DNA of 64,000 bases from Aulosira sp. ZfuVER01 (GCA_034530615.2 JAVRCV020000079.1:64001-128000), one strand, 5' to 3'; shown: positions 10,330 through 21,119, counted from the first letter of the stretch. Notes: generated by a model not told the origin, from the sequence alone. Program-made: numbers and translations.

Positions 10330-10520
10330 GAAAGGGTGTGTTATGCCGCAGGCTAACGCACCGAAAATCTCGGACGGTGCGTTATGGACGTTAGTCCTAA
10401 CGCAACCTACTGGCGTGGCAAGGCTAAAATAGTGCAATAAAAAATGTTCGTAGTTGCGCTTTAGCGCCCTAGAAATTAGAAATCTAATACACAAATTTAG
10501 CCTAGACACGCCACTACGCA
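10330..10520. repeat. REP-like palindromic elements
   Basis: AACGCACC...GGTGCGTT hairpin ending in CTAC; GTAG...CTAC-bounded pair at ~10449-10518. Confidence 0.5.
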
Positions 10521-11406
10521 GACTAATTATGAGCAAGCTTGTACTAACTACCTCACCGAAGTCTTCAACGAACAACAATCACCAGAAGATAGCCGCGAAA
10601 AAGCCTAAGAATTTAATGCTTGTTTTGGAGCGTTGCGGGTGTTATGTCAACAACAACGGCAAATATCACTGCTAATTGCTGATGTGCATCCCGATTGCAA
10701 CCGCATTAATGCTTGGACACAATCAGGAGTTGCGACAAATCCGGTGTTTAGCTTCTTCAAAGAAATCTTTTTACCGCCTTTCTCGCAGGGAGAAACCCAA
10801 GAAATGCTGGTGAATCTGGGTAAATTGATGGGGTTAGAGTTTGATGCAGCCACACCGCAACAAATCCATTACCAAACTGGCGGACATCCGTTTGTATCTC
10901 GCCAATTAGCGCACTTTTTAACAGAAAAGGTAAAAGATAATCGTGGCAATCAGCAGATTGTATGGTCAATGGTAGAGCCATATTTAGCCAGAACAATAAC
11001 TCAAAGTGGCGAGTTAAAAAATTACCTAGAAAGAAGCATTTGGGAAGATTTAACAAAACGCGACTTTCAAGTTGCAATCTCTATTCTGCGCGTCATGGAC
11101 TGTAACGAACAATTCCGCAACAAAATACCACAAACAACCTTACTCAACCACTTGAAAAGCCAGTTCACAACCAACCAATGCTTAGACGCTTGTAATTGGC
11201 TCACAAATGTTGGATTGTTGGATCAGGAGGAAGTGGAGCATCAGGATTTCTACCATATCCGAATTCCTCTCTTATCACGGTGGATTCAAATGCAGATGAC
11301 AGCAGAGGAAAGCGAACAATGCCGGATTTTGATGGAGAACGACCCTTTGATAACTACCGCGTCGCCATTACAGACCCCTCCCACTTCTTCGGACGCAGCG
11401 ACTTAA
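10501..11406 (+). pseudogene. 5'-truncated P-loop NTPase (AAA/STAND-like) C-terminal fragment with an in-frame stop at 10606-10608
   Basis: Retains LPPFSQGET and TGGHPFVSRQL (GxP motif) and a wHTH-like tail but has no Walker A; the frame continues upstream through TAA (PEDSREKA*EFNACFGALRVL). Confidence 0.65.
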
Positions 11407-12515
11407 TTAATACTATGCTCAAGTCGCCTTTTCAGGTGCGGATACTTTTAGGAGGAAGGCGTTTAGGTAAAACCAGCGCTTTACGTGCTGTCGAGTGGAA
11501 TTTACTAAATCCCCAGAGCAAATATCCCCGCCGCGCTTTCCCCGTATTAATTGACCTCCAGTTAGAACAACCCAAAGACCTAGATAACCTGCGTTACCTC
11601 CTTATCGCTAGACTCCGGGAAGCCATAGAACGCTGGCGACAAGTTCCTTTAGCCGAAATTCGCCAAATGTACCGCGACTTTCTCAAGAAAATTACAGGTG
11701 GTGAAGTTACCCTCAAATTCCTCAGCCAAGCAGATATTAAATTAAATTTAACTAATTCCGATACTGAAAAGCGGTTAAATAACGATAACTTTCGGTCAGC
11801 TTTCTTAAAAACTACAGAAGAACTGCGAAAGATAAACTTTCAAGGCGTTTGCTTCCTCATCGATGGCGCTGAGTTTATTGTCCACAAATCTTGGGCGAAT
11901 GACGCTTGGGCTTACCTGCGCGGCTTAAAAGATACAGACACCGCGATTAAATCTTGCTTAGGTTTGTTATTCTCCGGCTATCGAGACTTAAAAGAATATC
12001 AGCAGCGCGTCGGTTCGCCATTATTAAACATTGCCGAAATCGAAGGGTTAGCGGCTTTAAATGAAGAAGATAGCAAAAAACTGATAAGCGATCGCGCCGA
12101 ACAAGAAAACATATCCTTAACTGAAGATAGCATCATCTCAATTCTCGAATGGTCAGGATGTTATCCCTACTTGACGCAACAATCACTCAACATGATTTTT
12201 GACTCCAACCAGCAAGACTCCCGCGATAATCTCATAGATAAATTACTCCAGCATCACGACAGAGACTTCTCCGCCTGGTGGAACTCCAAAAAATCCTCTG
12301 GTTGCTTTAGCGAAGACGAACGCACAGTTTATTTTTCCCTAACCCAGAACTCCAAAGCCACCCTCCAAGATTTAGCCAAAGATACAGGCTTCAGCCGAGC
12401 CAAAGTGTCCGAAGCTTTAGAAGTTATAGCTGGTACAGGTGTAATCAGCCCCTTGGATGATGATTTTTATACCGTAGGCTCTCGCCTGTTTGCAGAATGG
12501 GTGAAGCAGCAGTGA
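11319..12515 (+). CDS. AAA/STAND-like ATP-binding protein with C-terminal HTH
   Basis: FFGR, Walker A GGRRLGKTS, Walker B FLIDGAE, SGCYPYL; likely start ATG 11319 (MPDF). Confidence 0.82.
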   Translation: MPDFDGERPFDNYRVAITDPSHFFGRSDLINTMLKSPFQVRILLGGRRLGKTSALRAVEWNLLNPQSKYPRRAFPVLIDLQLEQPKDLDNLRYLLIARLREAIERWRQVPLAEIRQMYRDFLKKITGGEVTLKFLSQADIKLNLTNSDTEKRLNNDNFRSAFLKTTEELRKINFQGVCFLIDGAEFIVHKSWANDAWAYLRGLKDTDTAIKSCLGLLFSGYRDLKEYQQRVGSPLLNIAEIEGLAALNEEDSKKLISDRAEQENISLTEDSIISILEWSGCYPYLTQQSLNMIFDSNQQDSRDNLIDKLLQHHDRDFSAWWNSKKSSGCFSEDERTVYFSLTQNSKATLQDLAKDTGFSRAKVSEALEVIAGTGVISPLDDDFYTVGSRLFAEWVKQQ

Positions 12516-12603
12516 GGAGAGGGTGGGGAGTGTGGGGAGTGTGGGAAGTGTGGGAGGTGTAGGAAGAAATGCACGATGCCCAATGCACAATGACCAATGA
12601 CCA

Positions 12604-13575
12604 ATGACAAACAAAGTTTTTATCACTCGCCATCTACCTACTGATTTAGCACAACTAAATGCGATCGCATCTGTGGAAGTTTGGCCGGAACGTCAGCCGC
12701 CGCCTTACGAGGTGTTGCTGGCTAAGGTAAAGGAGGTAGATGGATTATTGTGTCTGTTAACTGACAGAATTGACCAACAACTAATCGCAAGTTCTTCGCT
12801 GAAAGTCATTAGCCAGATGGCTGTGGGTTACGATAACATCGATGTCACGGCGGCTACAGCAAAGAAAATTCCTGTAGGGAATACTCCTGGTGTATTAACA
12901 GATGCTACCGCAGATTTAACTTGGGCGTTACTCATGGCTGCTGCGCGGCGAGTTGTGGAAGCAGATAGATTTACTCGCGCTGGTTTGTGGCAAACTTGGG
13001 AACCGGATTTATTACTAGGGCCGAATGTTGCAGGCGCTACTTTAGGAATTATCGGCTTCGGGCGCATTGGACAAGCTGTTGCGCGTCGTGCCCAAAGTTT
13101 TGATATGAAAATACTGTATACAAGCAGACATCGCTCAGAGCCGGAAATTGAGAAATCCCTGAGTGCGGAGTTTGTACCCTTAGAAACTTTACTGCAAGCA
13201 TCCGACTTCATCAGCATTCATACACCCGGCGCTGATGACACCTATCATTTATTGAGCGATCGCCAATTTGCTTTAATGAAACCATCAGCCATCTTAATTA
13301 ACACCGCACGGGGAACCATCATCGACCAAGAGGCATTGTATCGCGCACTTGACCAACAGCAAATCGCCGCCGCCGCCATAGATGTCACAGAAGTAGAACC
13401 AATCCCAATGGATAGCCCCTTACTAACGCTAGAGAACATAATTATTACACCCCACATCGGTAGCGCCAGCCGCCAAACACGGGCAAAAATGGCAGACATT
13501 GCGATCGCTAATTTAATTGCTGGATTAAAAGGCGATCGTCTTCTTCATTGCGTCAACCCAGAGGTTTATGGTTAA
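12604..13575 (+). CDS. D-isomer-specific 2-hydroxyacid dehydrogenase (glyoxylate/hydroxypyruvate reductase type)
   Basis: AVGYDNID, GIIGFGRIG, INTARG, PHIGSA. Confidence 0.92.
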   Translation: MTNKVFITRHLPTDLAQLNAIASVEVWPERQPPPYEVLLAKVKEVDGLLCLLTDRIDQQLIASSSLKVISQMAVGYDNIDVTAATAKKIPVGNTPGVLTDATADLTWALLMAAARRVVEADRFTRAGLWQTWEPDLLLGPNVAGATLGIIGFGRIGQAVARRAQSFDMKILYTSRHRSEPEIEKSLSAEFVPLETLLQASDFISIHTPGADDTYHLLSDRQFALMKPSAILINTARGTIIDQEALYRALDQQQIAAAAIDVTEVEPIPMDSPLLTLENIIITPHIGSASRQTRAKMADIAIANLIAGLKGDRLLHCVNPEVYG

Positions 13576-13609
13576 CACAAAATAGAAAATAGTCTATTTT
13601 ATTCCCCTG

Positions 13610-13668
13610 CTCCCCACACTCCCCACACTCCCCACACTCCCCACACTCCCCACACTCCCCACACTCCC
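13610..13668. repeat. 9-bp tandem repeat (CTCCCCACA) x6; a degenerate reverse-complement array lies at ~12521-12563
   Basis: Seen directly in the sequence. Confidence 0.9.
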
Positions 13669-13679
13669 TTCTCTCCGCG

Positions 13680-14690
13680 TCATATTGTCGGGTCTTCGCT
13701 GACCTTAACAATCAGCTTGCCAAAGTTTTCTCCTTGCAACAAACCAATAAAAGCCTTGGGAGCATTTTCCAGACCTTCTACAACGTCTTCTTTATACTTC
13801 AACTTCCCAGCGCGCAACCACTGAGAAACATCATTTAAGAACTCTGGCTGACGGTGTAGATAATCACCGACAAGAAAACCTTTGATTAACGCACGTTTAA
13901 CCAAAATTGGTAACAAATTAGGGCCGGGAGGCGCACTTTCGGCGTTGTACTGCGAAATTAAACCGACTAAGGGAATTCTCGCTGCAAGATTGATTTGCTG
14001 TAACACTGCTTCTAAAATTGGGCCAGCAGTATTGTCATAGTAAACATCGATACCATTAGGGCAAGCTGCTTTGAGTGCGCCATCAAGGTCTTGAGTCTTG
14101 CGGTTGATACAAGCATCAAAACCCAACTCTTTGACTACGTAATCGCATTTTGCATCACTCCCGGCAACTCCCACCACTCGACAGCCTTTAATTTTGGCAA
14201 TTTGACCAGCTACAGAACCGACTGCACCCGAAGCAGCAGAGACAACAACTGTTTCGCCTGCTTGCGGTTGACCAATATCAAGCAAAGCGCAATATGCAGT
14301 CATTCCCGGCATACCTAGGACACCCAAAGCATAGGAAATAGGTGCTTGATTGGGGTCAAGTTTACGCAAAGTCTCGCCTTTAGCTACAGCGTAGCTTTGC
14401 CAACTGTCATAACCAAGCACAAAATCACCCACCGAAAAATTAGGATGGTTAGATTTAATCACTTGGCTAACAGTGTGACCAACCATTACAGACCCCAACT
14501 CCGCAGGCGCAGCATAGGACTCGCGATCGCTCATGCGACCACGCATATAAGGGTCAAGAGACAGATAAATAGTCCGGTTGCAAACTTCCCCTTCTCCTGG
14601 TTCTGGAATTGGAGTTTCCACAACAGCGAAATCACTTTCTTTTGGTTCCCCTGCTGGGCGGCTTTTTAGTAAGATTTGTTTATTTGTCAT
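13680..14690 (-). CDS. NADP-dependent oxidoreductase (CurA / alkenal reductase family)
   Basis: LSLDPYMRGRM, LGMPGMTAY, SAASGAVG, GENFGKLIV. Confidence 0.92.
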   Translation of the reverse strand: MTNKQILLKSRPAGEPKESDFAVVETPIPEPGEGEVCNRTIYLSLDPYMRGRMSDRESYAAPAELGSVMVGHTVSQVIKSNHPNFSVGDFVLGYDSWQSYAVAKGETLRKLDPNQAPISYALGVLGMPGMTAYCALLDIGQPQAGETVVVSAASGAVGSVAGQIAKIKGCRVVGVAGSDAKCDYVVKELGFDACINRKTQDLDGALKAACPNGIDVYYDNTAGPILEAVLQQINLAARIPLVGLISQYNAESAPPGPNLLPILVKRALIKGFLVGDYLHRQPEFLNDVSQWLRAGKLKYKEDVVEGLENAPKAFIGLLQGENFGKLIVKVSEDPTI

Positions 14691-14809
14691 TGGTCATTTG
14701 TTATTTGTTATTGGGCATAGGACATGGGGCATGGGGCATTGGGCATTTCTTCCTCTCCTTCCTTGTCCCCCTTATCCCCTTCTGCTCCCCACCCTCCCCA
14801 CACTCCTGT

Positions 14810-16195
14810 TCAGCGCGTTACTGATACTTGTTGTTGCTCGGGTGCAGAAGCCTGATTGGCAATTTGTTTAATTTGTACCTTAAGACCGTATTCTGGGCGA
14901 AGGGTAATTGAGGGTTGCGGTACAATCGGGAATCCTGGTATCAATTCTATGTGGAAGCGTTGGGCGATGGTAGCCAGTAATAAAGCTGCTTCCATTTGCG
15001 CAAAGCCTTTACCGATACAAATGCGCGGGCCATCGCCAAAAGGAAAATATACACCTTTGGGTAGTTGTTTCTCAAAATCGGCTGTCCAGCGTTCTGGTTG
15101 GAAGGTTTCGGGATCGGTGAAATATTTGGGATGGCGATGCATTACCCACTGACTGATCATTATCGTTGTGCCTTGGGAAATTTCATAGTCGCCAATGGTG
15201 GTATCTTGCGCTGCTTCTCGCCCTAAGAGTGATACGGGAGGATACAACCGCATTGATTCTTTAATTACTTGCTGAGTATAAGGTAAGCGGGGAAGGTCTT
15301 GGATTGTAGGTAATTTTCCTTGCAAAACTTGGTTTAACTCGGTAGAGAGTTTATCTTGAACTTCGGGATGTTGCGATAACAGCATCCATGTCCAAGATAA
15401 AGTATTGGCGGTGGTTTCATGACCTGCCAGCATTAAGGTTGCTACTTCATCTCGCAGTAGCTTATCGTCCATTTGTTGCTGAGTTTCTTCGTCCCGTGCT
15501 TCCATGAGCATCGACAGCAAATCGTTGGTTTTCTCGCCACTTTTACGGCGATCGCTTATTAGTTTATAAATAGCTGCATCCATTTCCGCCACGGCTTGAC
15601 GATACCGAACGTTTTCTTCCCTTGGGAACCACTCCCACACCAAAAAATTCTGTCGTCGCTTGCTTTCAAACCAATGCATTGTCACATCTAAAGCATTAGC
15701 AACCACTTTCGCTTCACCTGCATCCACATCGGCGTTAAAAATGCACTTCATTACAATCGCCAAGGTGAGGTGCATCATATCTGCGTGAATATCATGAATT
15801 TCACCATCATGCCAAGTTTGCAACATTCGGCTGGTGTACTCTACCATTGTTTCACCGTATTCATTAATCCGCCTTTGGTGAAATACAGGTTGAGCTAGGC
15901 GACGTTGCCATAACCAAGATTCTCCTTCTGCGGTTAACAATCCTTCACCTAGTAGAGTTTTTAAAACACGGAAGCCTCGGCTTTTGATAAAACTCTCGCG
16001 ATTTTTGAGAACTTCTTCAATATATTCAGGATTAGTCAGCAAACAAGAAGGTGTTAATCCTAAGCGTAACGGGACAATATCACCATAGTCACGACAACGA
16101 GTGAGAAAGCCTAACGGATCGTCTCCTAATTCAACCAAATGCCCGACGATAGAGTTAATTGGTGGTGCTGGTAACTCGAATATATGTTGAGCCAT
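14810..16195 (-). CDS. Cytochrome P450
   Basis: AGHETT I-helix, ESMR (ExxR), PERW, FGDGPRICIG heme ligand. Confidence 0.96.
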   Translation of the reverse strand: MAQHIFELPAPPINSIVGHLVELGDDPLGFLTRCRDYGDIVPLRLGLTPSCLLTNPEYIEEVLKNRESFIKSRGFRVLKTLLGEGLLTAEGESWLWQRRLAQPVFHQRRINEYGETMVEYTSRMLQTWHDGEIHDIHADMMHLTLAIVMKCIFNADVDAGEAKVVANALDVTMHWFESKRRQNFLVWEWFPREENVRYRQAVAEMDAAIYKLISDRRKSGEKTNDLLSMLMEARDEETQQQMDDKLLRDEVATLMLAGHETTANTLSWTWMLLSQHPEVQDKLSTELNQVLQGKLPTIQDLPRLPYTQQVIKESMRLYPPVSLLGREAAQDTTIGDYEISQGTTIMISQWVMHRHPKYFTDPETFQPERWTADFEKQLPKGVYFPFGDGPRICIGKGFAQMEAALLLATIAQRFHIELIPGFPIVPQPSITLRPEYGLKVQIKQIANQASAPEQQQVSVTR

Positions 16196-16607
16196 AGCAG
16201 AAATTCTCCACGCTGATTGCCTTTTTGCAGGTTAATTTACTGTGACCAAAAATTCCTCATCAAAAAGAAAGATTTTAGGGCTGAAGCAAGTGCCATATTT
16301 TTTTCGTGGAGGTTGTCCAGTGCCATTCGGCGTTGCACAATAGTGGAATTAATTGAGGCAAGCAGGGGAAGTAGAGAGAGAATTTGATAAGTTATTAAAT
16401 CATCCTTTGATTTTACCTTCTGCCTCCTGCCTTCTGCCTTCTTCATGAGAAAAGCAAACACAGCAGTATTTATACACAACAAGTTGTAAAAAAATCCCTG
16501 TAAATTTATCACATTGCTGAATAATCGATCTAATCAGCGATCGCTTTGCTTTGAAAGCTCAAAAGCGATCGCCAATTTAAAACAGTTTAAATTCTAAGAA
16601 CATAAAT

Positions 16608-17918
16608 ATGAAACAGTTACAGATAAATTTGTCGTTGGTGCCAATTTTTGTGGTGCTTACAGCAAACTCTGCGTTGGCTGGTGGATTTGCTCTCAACGAA
16701 CAAAGTGTCAAAGCTCTAGGAAATGGCTTTGCTGGTAGTGCTGCTAGTGCGGAGGATGCTAGTACAATTTTCTATAATCCTGCGGGATTAACTCGATTAG
16801 AAGGTAATTCTTTAGTTGGGGCTACCTTTGTGATTTTCCCAACAATTAGGTTTCAAAACCAAGGTTCTCGCGTAGTAACAGGTGCGCCATTAACGGGTGG
16901 TAACAGTGGCGATGCTGGTGTAGATGTTGTAGTGCCAAACCTTTATGCTGCTTGGAGCCTATCCGATCGCGTTAAGCTAGGACTGGGAATTAATGTTCCT
17001 TTTGGGCTAATTACTAAATATGACAATAACTGGGTTGGGCGTTACCAAGCAGTTGAATCTAAATTTACCACCTATAATATCAATCCCACTATTGCCGCTA
17101 AGGTGACAGATAATTTTTCTGTAGGCGCAGGTCTGAATATTCAGTATGCTGAAGCCACACTCTCAAATGCCATCGACTTTGGTTTAGTGGGGCGGAGTGT
17201 TGGTTTACCTACCTTACCCCAACAAGCAGACGGCTTTGTGAAAGTCACTGGTTCCGATTGGAGTGTCGGCTATAACCTGGGGATGATGTACGAACCAAGT
17301 AAAAGCACGCGCATTGGTTTAAGTTACCGTTCTCCGATTACTCAAGACATCCGGGGTAATGCAGATTTTACCGTCCCAGACAATCTGAGAATATTGACTG
17401 CTAGGGGACAGTTCACAGACACAGGAGCCAGCGCTGTGGTAAAACTACCTGATACATTGTCGCTTGCTGTTTACCAAGAACTTAGCCCCCAAGTATCAGT
17501 TGTTGGCGATGTTACCTGGACACATTGGAGCCGCTTCCAAGAACTGCGCGTGAAGTTTGACAACCCTGCTCAAGCCGATAGCGTACAACCAGAGAACTGG
17601 GACGATACTTACCGTATAGGAGTTGGGTTAAACTACGCAGTTAACGATCAATTAACTCTGCGAACTGGTGTTACCTACGATCCTAGTCCAATTAGCGATC
17701 ACTATAATACCCCACGGCTACCAGGAGGCGATCGCACTTTGCTAGGATTTGGTGCTACCTACAAGCCTTCCAAATCCTTTAATGTAGATATTGGTTATTC
17801 TCATGTGTTCTCTGACGATAGCTCAATTAACCAATCAAGCACCACAGCAGGTACACTTGCTGGGAAATTTGAAAGTGAAGTGGATGTTTTGGGTTTACAA
17901 CTAAACTGGCAGTTTTAG
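16608..17918 (+). CDS. FadL/OmpP1/TodX-family outer-membrane transporter
   Basis: Signal peptide, GFALNEQS..LG, DASTIFYNPAGL hatch motif, C-terminal Phe. Confidence 0.9.
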   Translation: MKQLQINLSLVPIFVVLTANSALAGGFALNEQSVKALGNGFAGSAASAEDASTIFYNPAGLTRLEGNSLVGATFVIFPTIRFQNQGSRVVTGAPLTGGNSGDAGVDVVVPNLYAAWSLSDRVKLGLGINVPFGLITKYDNNWVGRYQAVESKFTTYNINPTIAAKVTDNFSVGAGLNIQYAEATLSNAIDFGLVGRSVGLPTLPQQADGFVKVTGSDWSVGYNLGMMYEPSKSTRIGLSYRSPITQDIRGNADFTVPDNLRILTARGQFTDTGASAVVKLPDTLSLAVYQELSPQVSVVGDVTWTHWSRFQELRVKFDNPAQADSVQPENWDDTYRIGVGLNYAVNDQLTLRTGVTYDPSPISDHYNTPRLPGGDRTLLGFGATYKPSKSFNVDIGYSHVFSDDSSINQSSTTAGTLAGKFESEVDVLGLQLNWQF

Positions 17919-18006
17919 GTAAATTCCAATAATTACACCTCAGTGGGGGCACAACATTGTTGTGCCCTTGGTAATTTAAAGATATATTCCATGCACAGCA
18001 AATGAC

Positions 18007-19482
18007 ATGAGTGATGTCGTAGTTGGCTTAGATTTGGGTACAGGAGGAGTAAGAGCGATCGCGGTTGACCTACAAGGGCAAATTATCGCTCAGACTACGA
18101 GAAGCTATCCCCTGTTAACTCCACACCCCGGTTGGACAGAACAAAATTCATCGGATTGGGTGGAAGCAAGCTTAGCTGCACTATCTGATGTTGCTCAACA
18201 AATAAATGGACACCAAGCCATCGCCTTGGGTTTATCAGGACAAATGCATGGTATGGTTCCTCTCGATGCTGAGGGAAAAGCAATTAGACCAGCAATTTTG
18301 TGGAATGACCAACGTACAGGTAAAGCAGTTGCGGAAATTGAAGCTGTTATCTCCTGCCAGGAGTTGATTCGGCGCACCGGAAATCCGGCAATCACTGGAT
18401 TTCAACTGCCGAAGCTGGTATGGTTGCGGAATGAAGAACCAGATGCTTATGCTCAGTTATGGCAGATTCTTTTACCAAAAGATTATCTAGGATATGTGCT
18501 AACTGGCGAATCATTCACAGAACCTTCTGATGCGTCTGGTATCGGCTGTTTGAACTTGGCAAATCGCCAATGGGATAAAGATATTCTTGACGCTCTCAAT
18601 ATTAATTCAGGATTGTTTCCCCCCGTAATCGAGTCTACTGCGATCACTGGACGGTTGAAATCAGAAATTGCCACTCGTGTAGGACTACCCACCGGATTAC
18701 CTGTAGTCGCAGGCGGAGGCGATAATGCAGCCGCAGCAATTGGTTTGGGCATTTCCTCCAGCAACCTCAACCGGGGTAGTTTGAGTATTGGCACATCAGG
18801 AGTAATCTTTGCACCATGCGATCGCCCAATTCCCGATCCTCAAGGAAGGGTGCATTTATTCTGCCATGTCGATGGTGGTTATCATCTTTTGGGAGTAACG
18901 CTGGCGGCTGGTGGATCTCTGCGTTGGTATCGAGATACCTTTGCACCACAGATATCCTACACCGAGTTAATGGATATGGCAGAGCGATCGCTTCCGGGTG
19001 CGCGTGGCGTTCTCTTTCTCCCCCACCTTGCAGGCGAACGCAGTCCCCACCTCGATCCAGATACGCGCGGGGCTTTAGTTAATCTGTCATTAGCTCATAC
19101 ACAAGCAGATATAACTCGTGCAGTGCTAGAAGGCGTTGCATTTAGCTTGCGGGAAGCCTTGGAAGTAAGTAATGCGATCGCTCCTGTGCATCAACTGCTG
19201 GCAACAGGCGGAGGCGCACGCTCTAAAATCTGGTTAGGAATTTTGGCAGATATTTTGCAAACAGACCTGATTGCACCCAAAGCCGAAGAAGGAGCCGCTT
19301 ACGGAGCAGCGATTTTAGCAATGGTGGGGGTTGGTGCATATCCGAATTTAGAGGCTGCATTTAAGATACTGCCACAGGATAGCCAGGTGGTACAGCCGCA
19401 AGTAAATCCCTTGTATGAAGCAGGGTTTGAGCGATATAAGTTATTGTATGAAGCGCTTAAAAAAATTCGTAATTACGCCTAA
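18007..19482 (+). CDS. xylB: Xylulokinase (FGGY family)
   Basis: GLDLGT, SGQMHG, ILWNDQR, GGGDNAA, GTSG, GERSP, GGGARS. Confidence 0.88.
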   Translation: MSDVVVGLDLGTGGVRAIAVDLQGQIIAQTTRSYPLLTPHPGWTEQNSSDWVEASLAALSDVAQQINGHQAIALGLSGQMHGMVPLDAEGKAIRPAILWNDQRTGKAVAEIEAVISCQELIRRTGNPAITGFQLPKLVWLRNEEPDAYAQLWQILLPKDYLGYVLTGESFTEPSDASGIGCLNLANRQWDKDILDALNINSGLFPPVIESTAITGRLKSEIATRVGLPTGLPVVAGGGDNAAAAIGLGISSSNLNRGSLSIGTSGVIFAPCDRPIPDPQGRVHLFCHVDGGYHLLGVTLAAGGSLRWYRDTFAPQISYTELMDMAERSLPGARGVLFLPHLAGERSPHLDPDTRGALVNLSLAHTQADITRAVLEGVAFSLREALEVSNAIAPVHQLLATGGGARSKIWLGILADILQTDLIAPKAEEGAAYGAAILAMVGVGAYPNLEAAFKILPQDSQVVQPQVNPLYEAGFERYKLLYEALKKIRNYA

Positions 19483-19515
19483 TGTAAATACGTAACCAGT
19501 GAGGGCACGGCAATT

Positions 19516-19759
19516 CCATACGTGTTAACTTAAACTTAGATGCATACAGCGTCAGTCTTTGGGGTTCTCTTTCTTTGCACCGTAAACTTTCGATCCCCCC
19601 TAACCCCCCTTAAAAAAGGGGGGAAAAGAATCAAAGTCCCCCTTATTAAGGGGAGCCACTGCGTTGGGCGGGTTTCCCGACTTGTAGCAAGTGGCGTGGA
19701 TTTAGGGGGATCGAATATCTTGAGCAACAAAGCCTTTCACGTTAAGTTGACACCAATGG
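19516..19759. mobile_element. MITE-like element with terminal inverted repeats, inserted in a REP-like palindrome and carrying nested repeats
   Basis: Left end CCATACGTGTTAACTTAA versus right end TTAAGTTGACACCAATGG (near-perfect inverted repeats); flanks GGGCACGGCAAT / GCAATGCCATATCCCTAC; the same right end recurs at 33529-33544. Confidence 0.6.
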
Positions 19760-19825
19760 GCAATGCCATATCCCTACTGTTGTCTGATTAGGTTACTGTT
19801 GTGAGATCGCTCCTATGTTGCCAAG

Positions 19826-19878
19826 CTGCTACCCAATATTCAGCAATACCCAAATCTTCATAGAGACTTCGCTTTCTA
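19826..19878 (-). pseudogene. Uma2-family endonuclease fragment
   Basis: RKRSLYEDLGIAEYWV is the typical Uma2 C-terminal motif; no start and no rest of the gene. Confidence 0.65.
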
Positions 19879-19881
19879 CAA

Positions 19882-20955
19882 CTAAGGAAACACAAGTGTA
19901 GCCGCAACCCCAGCGTGATCGGACGGCCAAAGGCCCGATGGTGTTCGGTCAGCCGAGTTGTCTCCGACGACATCCGCACTCAGTGCTTTGATAGTGCCAC
20001 GAAACAGAACGAAATCGATGCGGCTGTTGAGAGCCGAAACAGAATTTAGGAGATCTGCGTTCTGACAACAGGTTGGGATGCTTCCAACTCCCGCCTTGAA
20101 TGCAGCATCAGCAAACCCCGCCGCAAACAAGTCGTTGTACGCCTCACCGCTGCCGTCGCCTGGTGAGTTGAAATCGCCAAGGAGGACAACTGGCAACTGG
20201 GTAGCTGCCGGACCATTCAGCAACTCGACCACCTGTTTTTGCTGGATATCGGGTGAAGGCAGGCAAGCAGCGTCCAAGTGCGTACTAATTAGACGCAAGG
20301 ACTTGCCCCGAATTTTCGCATCGACCGCCACCCACCCTCGCTGGAGTGTTATCGGCCCAGTAATGGGGCTGGGAATTATGCAATTGGTGACGAAGTTCCC
20401 GCCTTGAGCATTGGACAGCTTGAGATCCGCAGTCTTCAAGTCTGCACGGGCAAGGATCACCTCGCGATCGGTGTGGCGGACATCAATGCCGAGATCGCTG
20501 GGGAGTTCGACATCTAAGTTAATTGATTGCACCACAACCTTGTACTTTAGCCCGCGCTTGGCTAAGGCATCTAGAAGGATCTGGACGTAATCGAGCGCCA
20601 CAGTAGTGGCCGGAGTTTTTGGACCATCCGGCGGGGTTTGCGTCCGAACCAGGATAGCTTCCTGTAGACCGATAAAGTCAGGCCGCTTTGCCTCGATTTC
20701 AGCGGCGAGAGCTGCTGCCCGTTCGGGAAACTTTCTGTCAAAATAGCCTTTGTAAACCGTAGCTACTTTATTGAGCAGATCGGAGAAACTCTTAGCGGTA
20801 GGGAGAGCGGAAAGTTCAGCATCCACTCCGTTATAGACGTTTTGGGTCATGACCGTGACGTTGCGATCGCCAGCAAATGGAATCGCCTGTTGTGCCATAA
20901 CCGACGCGGACGATAACATCACTAATACCGGGATAGTGAAAACAGGTGCTTTCAT
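19882..20955 (-). CDS. Secreted endonuclease/exonuclease/phosphatase family protein
   Basis: Signal peptide; TQN, GLQE, STHL, GDFN, IDFV, SDH motifs; visibly GC-richer than its neighbours. Confidence 0.9.
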   Translation of the reverse strand: MKAPVFTIPVLVMLSSASVMAQQAIPFAGDRNVTVMTQNVYNGVDAELSALPTAKSFSDLLNKVATVYKGYFDRKFPERAAALAAEIEAKRPDFIGLQEAILVRTQTPPDGPKTPATTVALDYVQILLDALAKRGLKYKVVVQSINLDVELPSDLGIDVRHTDREVILARADLKTADLKLSNAQGGNFVTNCIIPSPITGPITLQRGWVAVDAKIRGKSLRLISTHLDAACLPSPDIQQKQVVELLNGPAATQLPVVLLGDFNSPGDGSGEAYNDLFAAGFADAAFKAGVGSIPTCCQNADLLNSVSALNSRIDFVLFRGTIKALSADVVGDNSADRTPSGLWPSDHAGVAATLVFP

Positions 20956-21119
20956 GGTTCGCCTCTTCTATTCATGGTTCGGGTCGGAGGCATATTTTCT
21001 TTGACCTCCTCGGTTACTTTCTGCCTAACGATTAAGCTGAACCGCAACGCCGTTTTGCACCGCTGTACAGTTAGTAACAAATTCTACAGTGCTGAAATTT
21101 TACCATATTCCTCTTTTTA

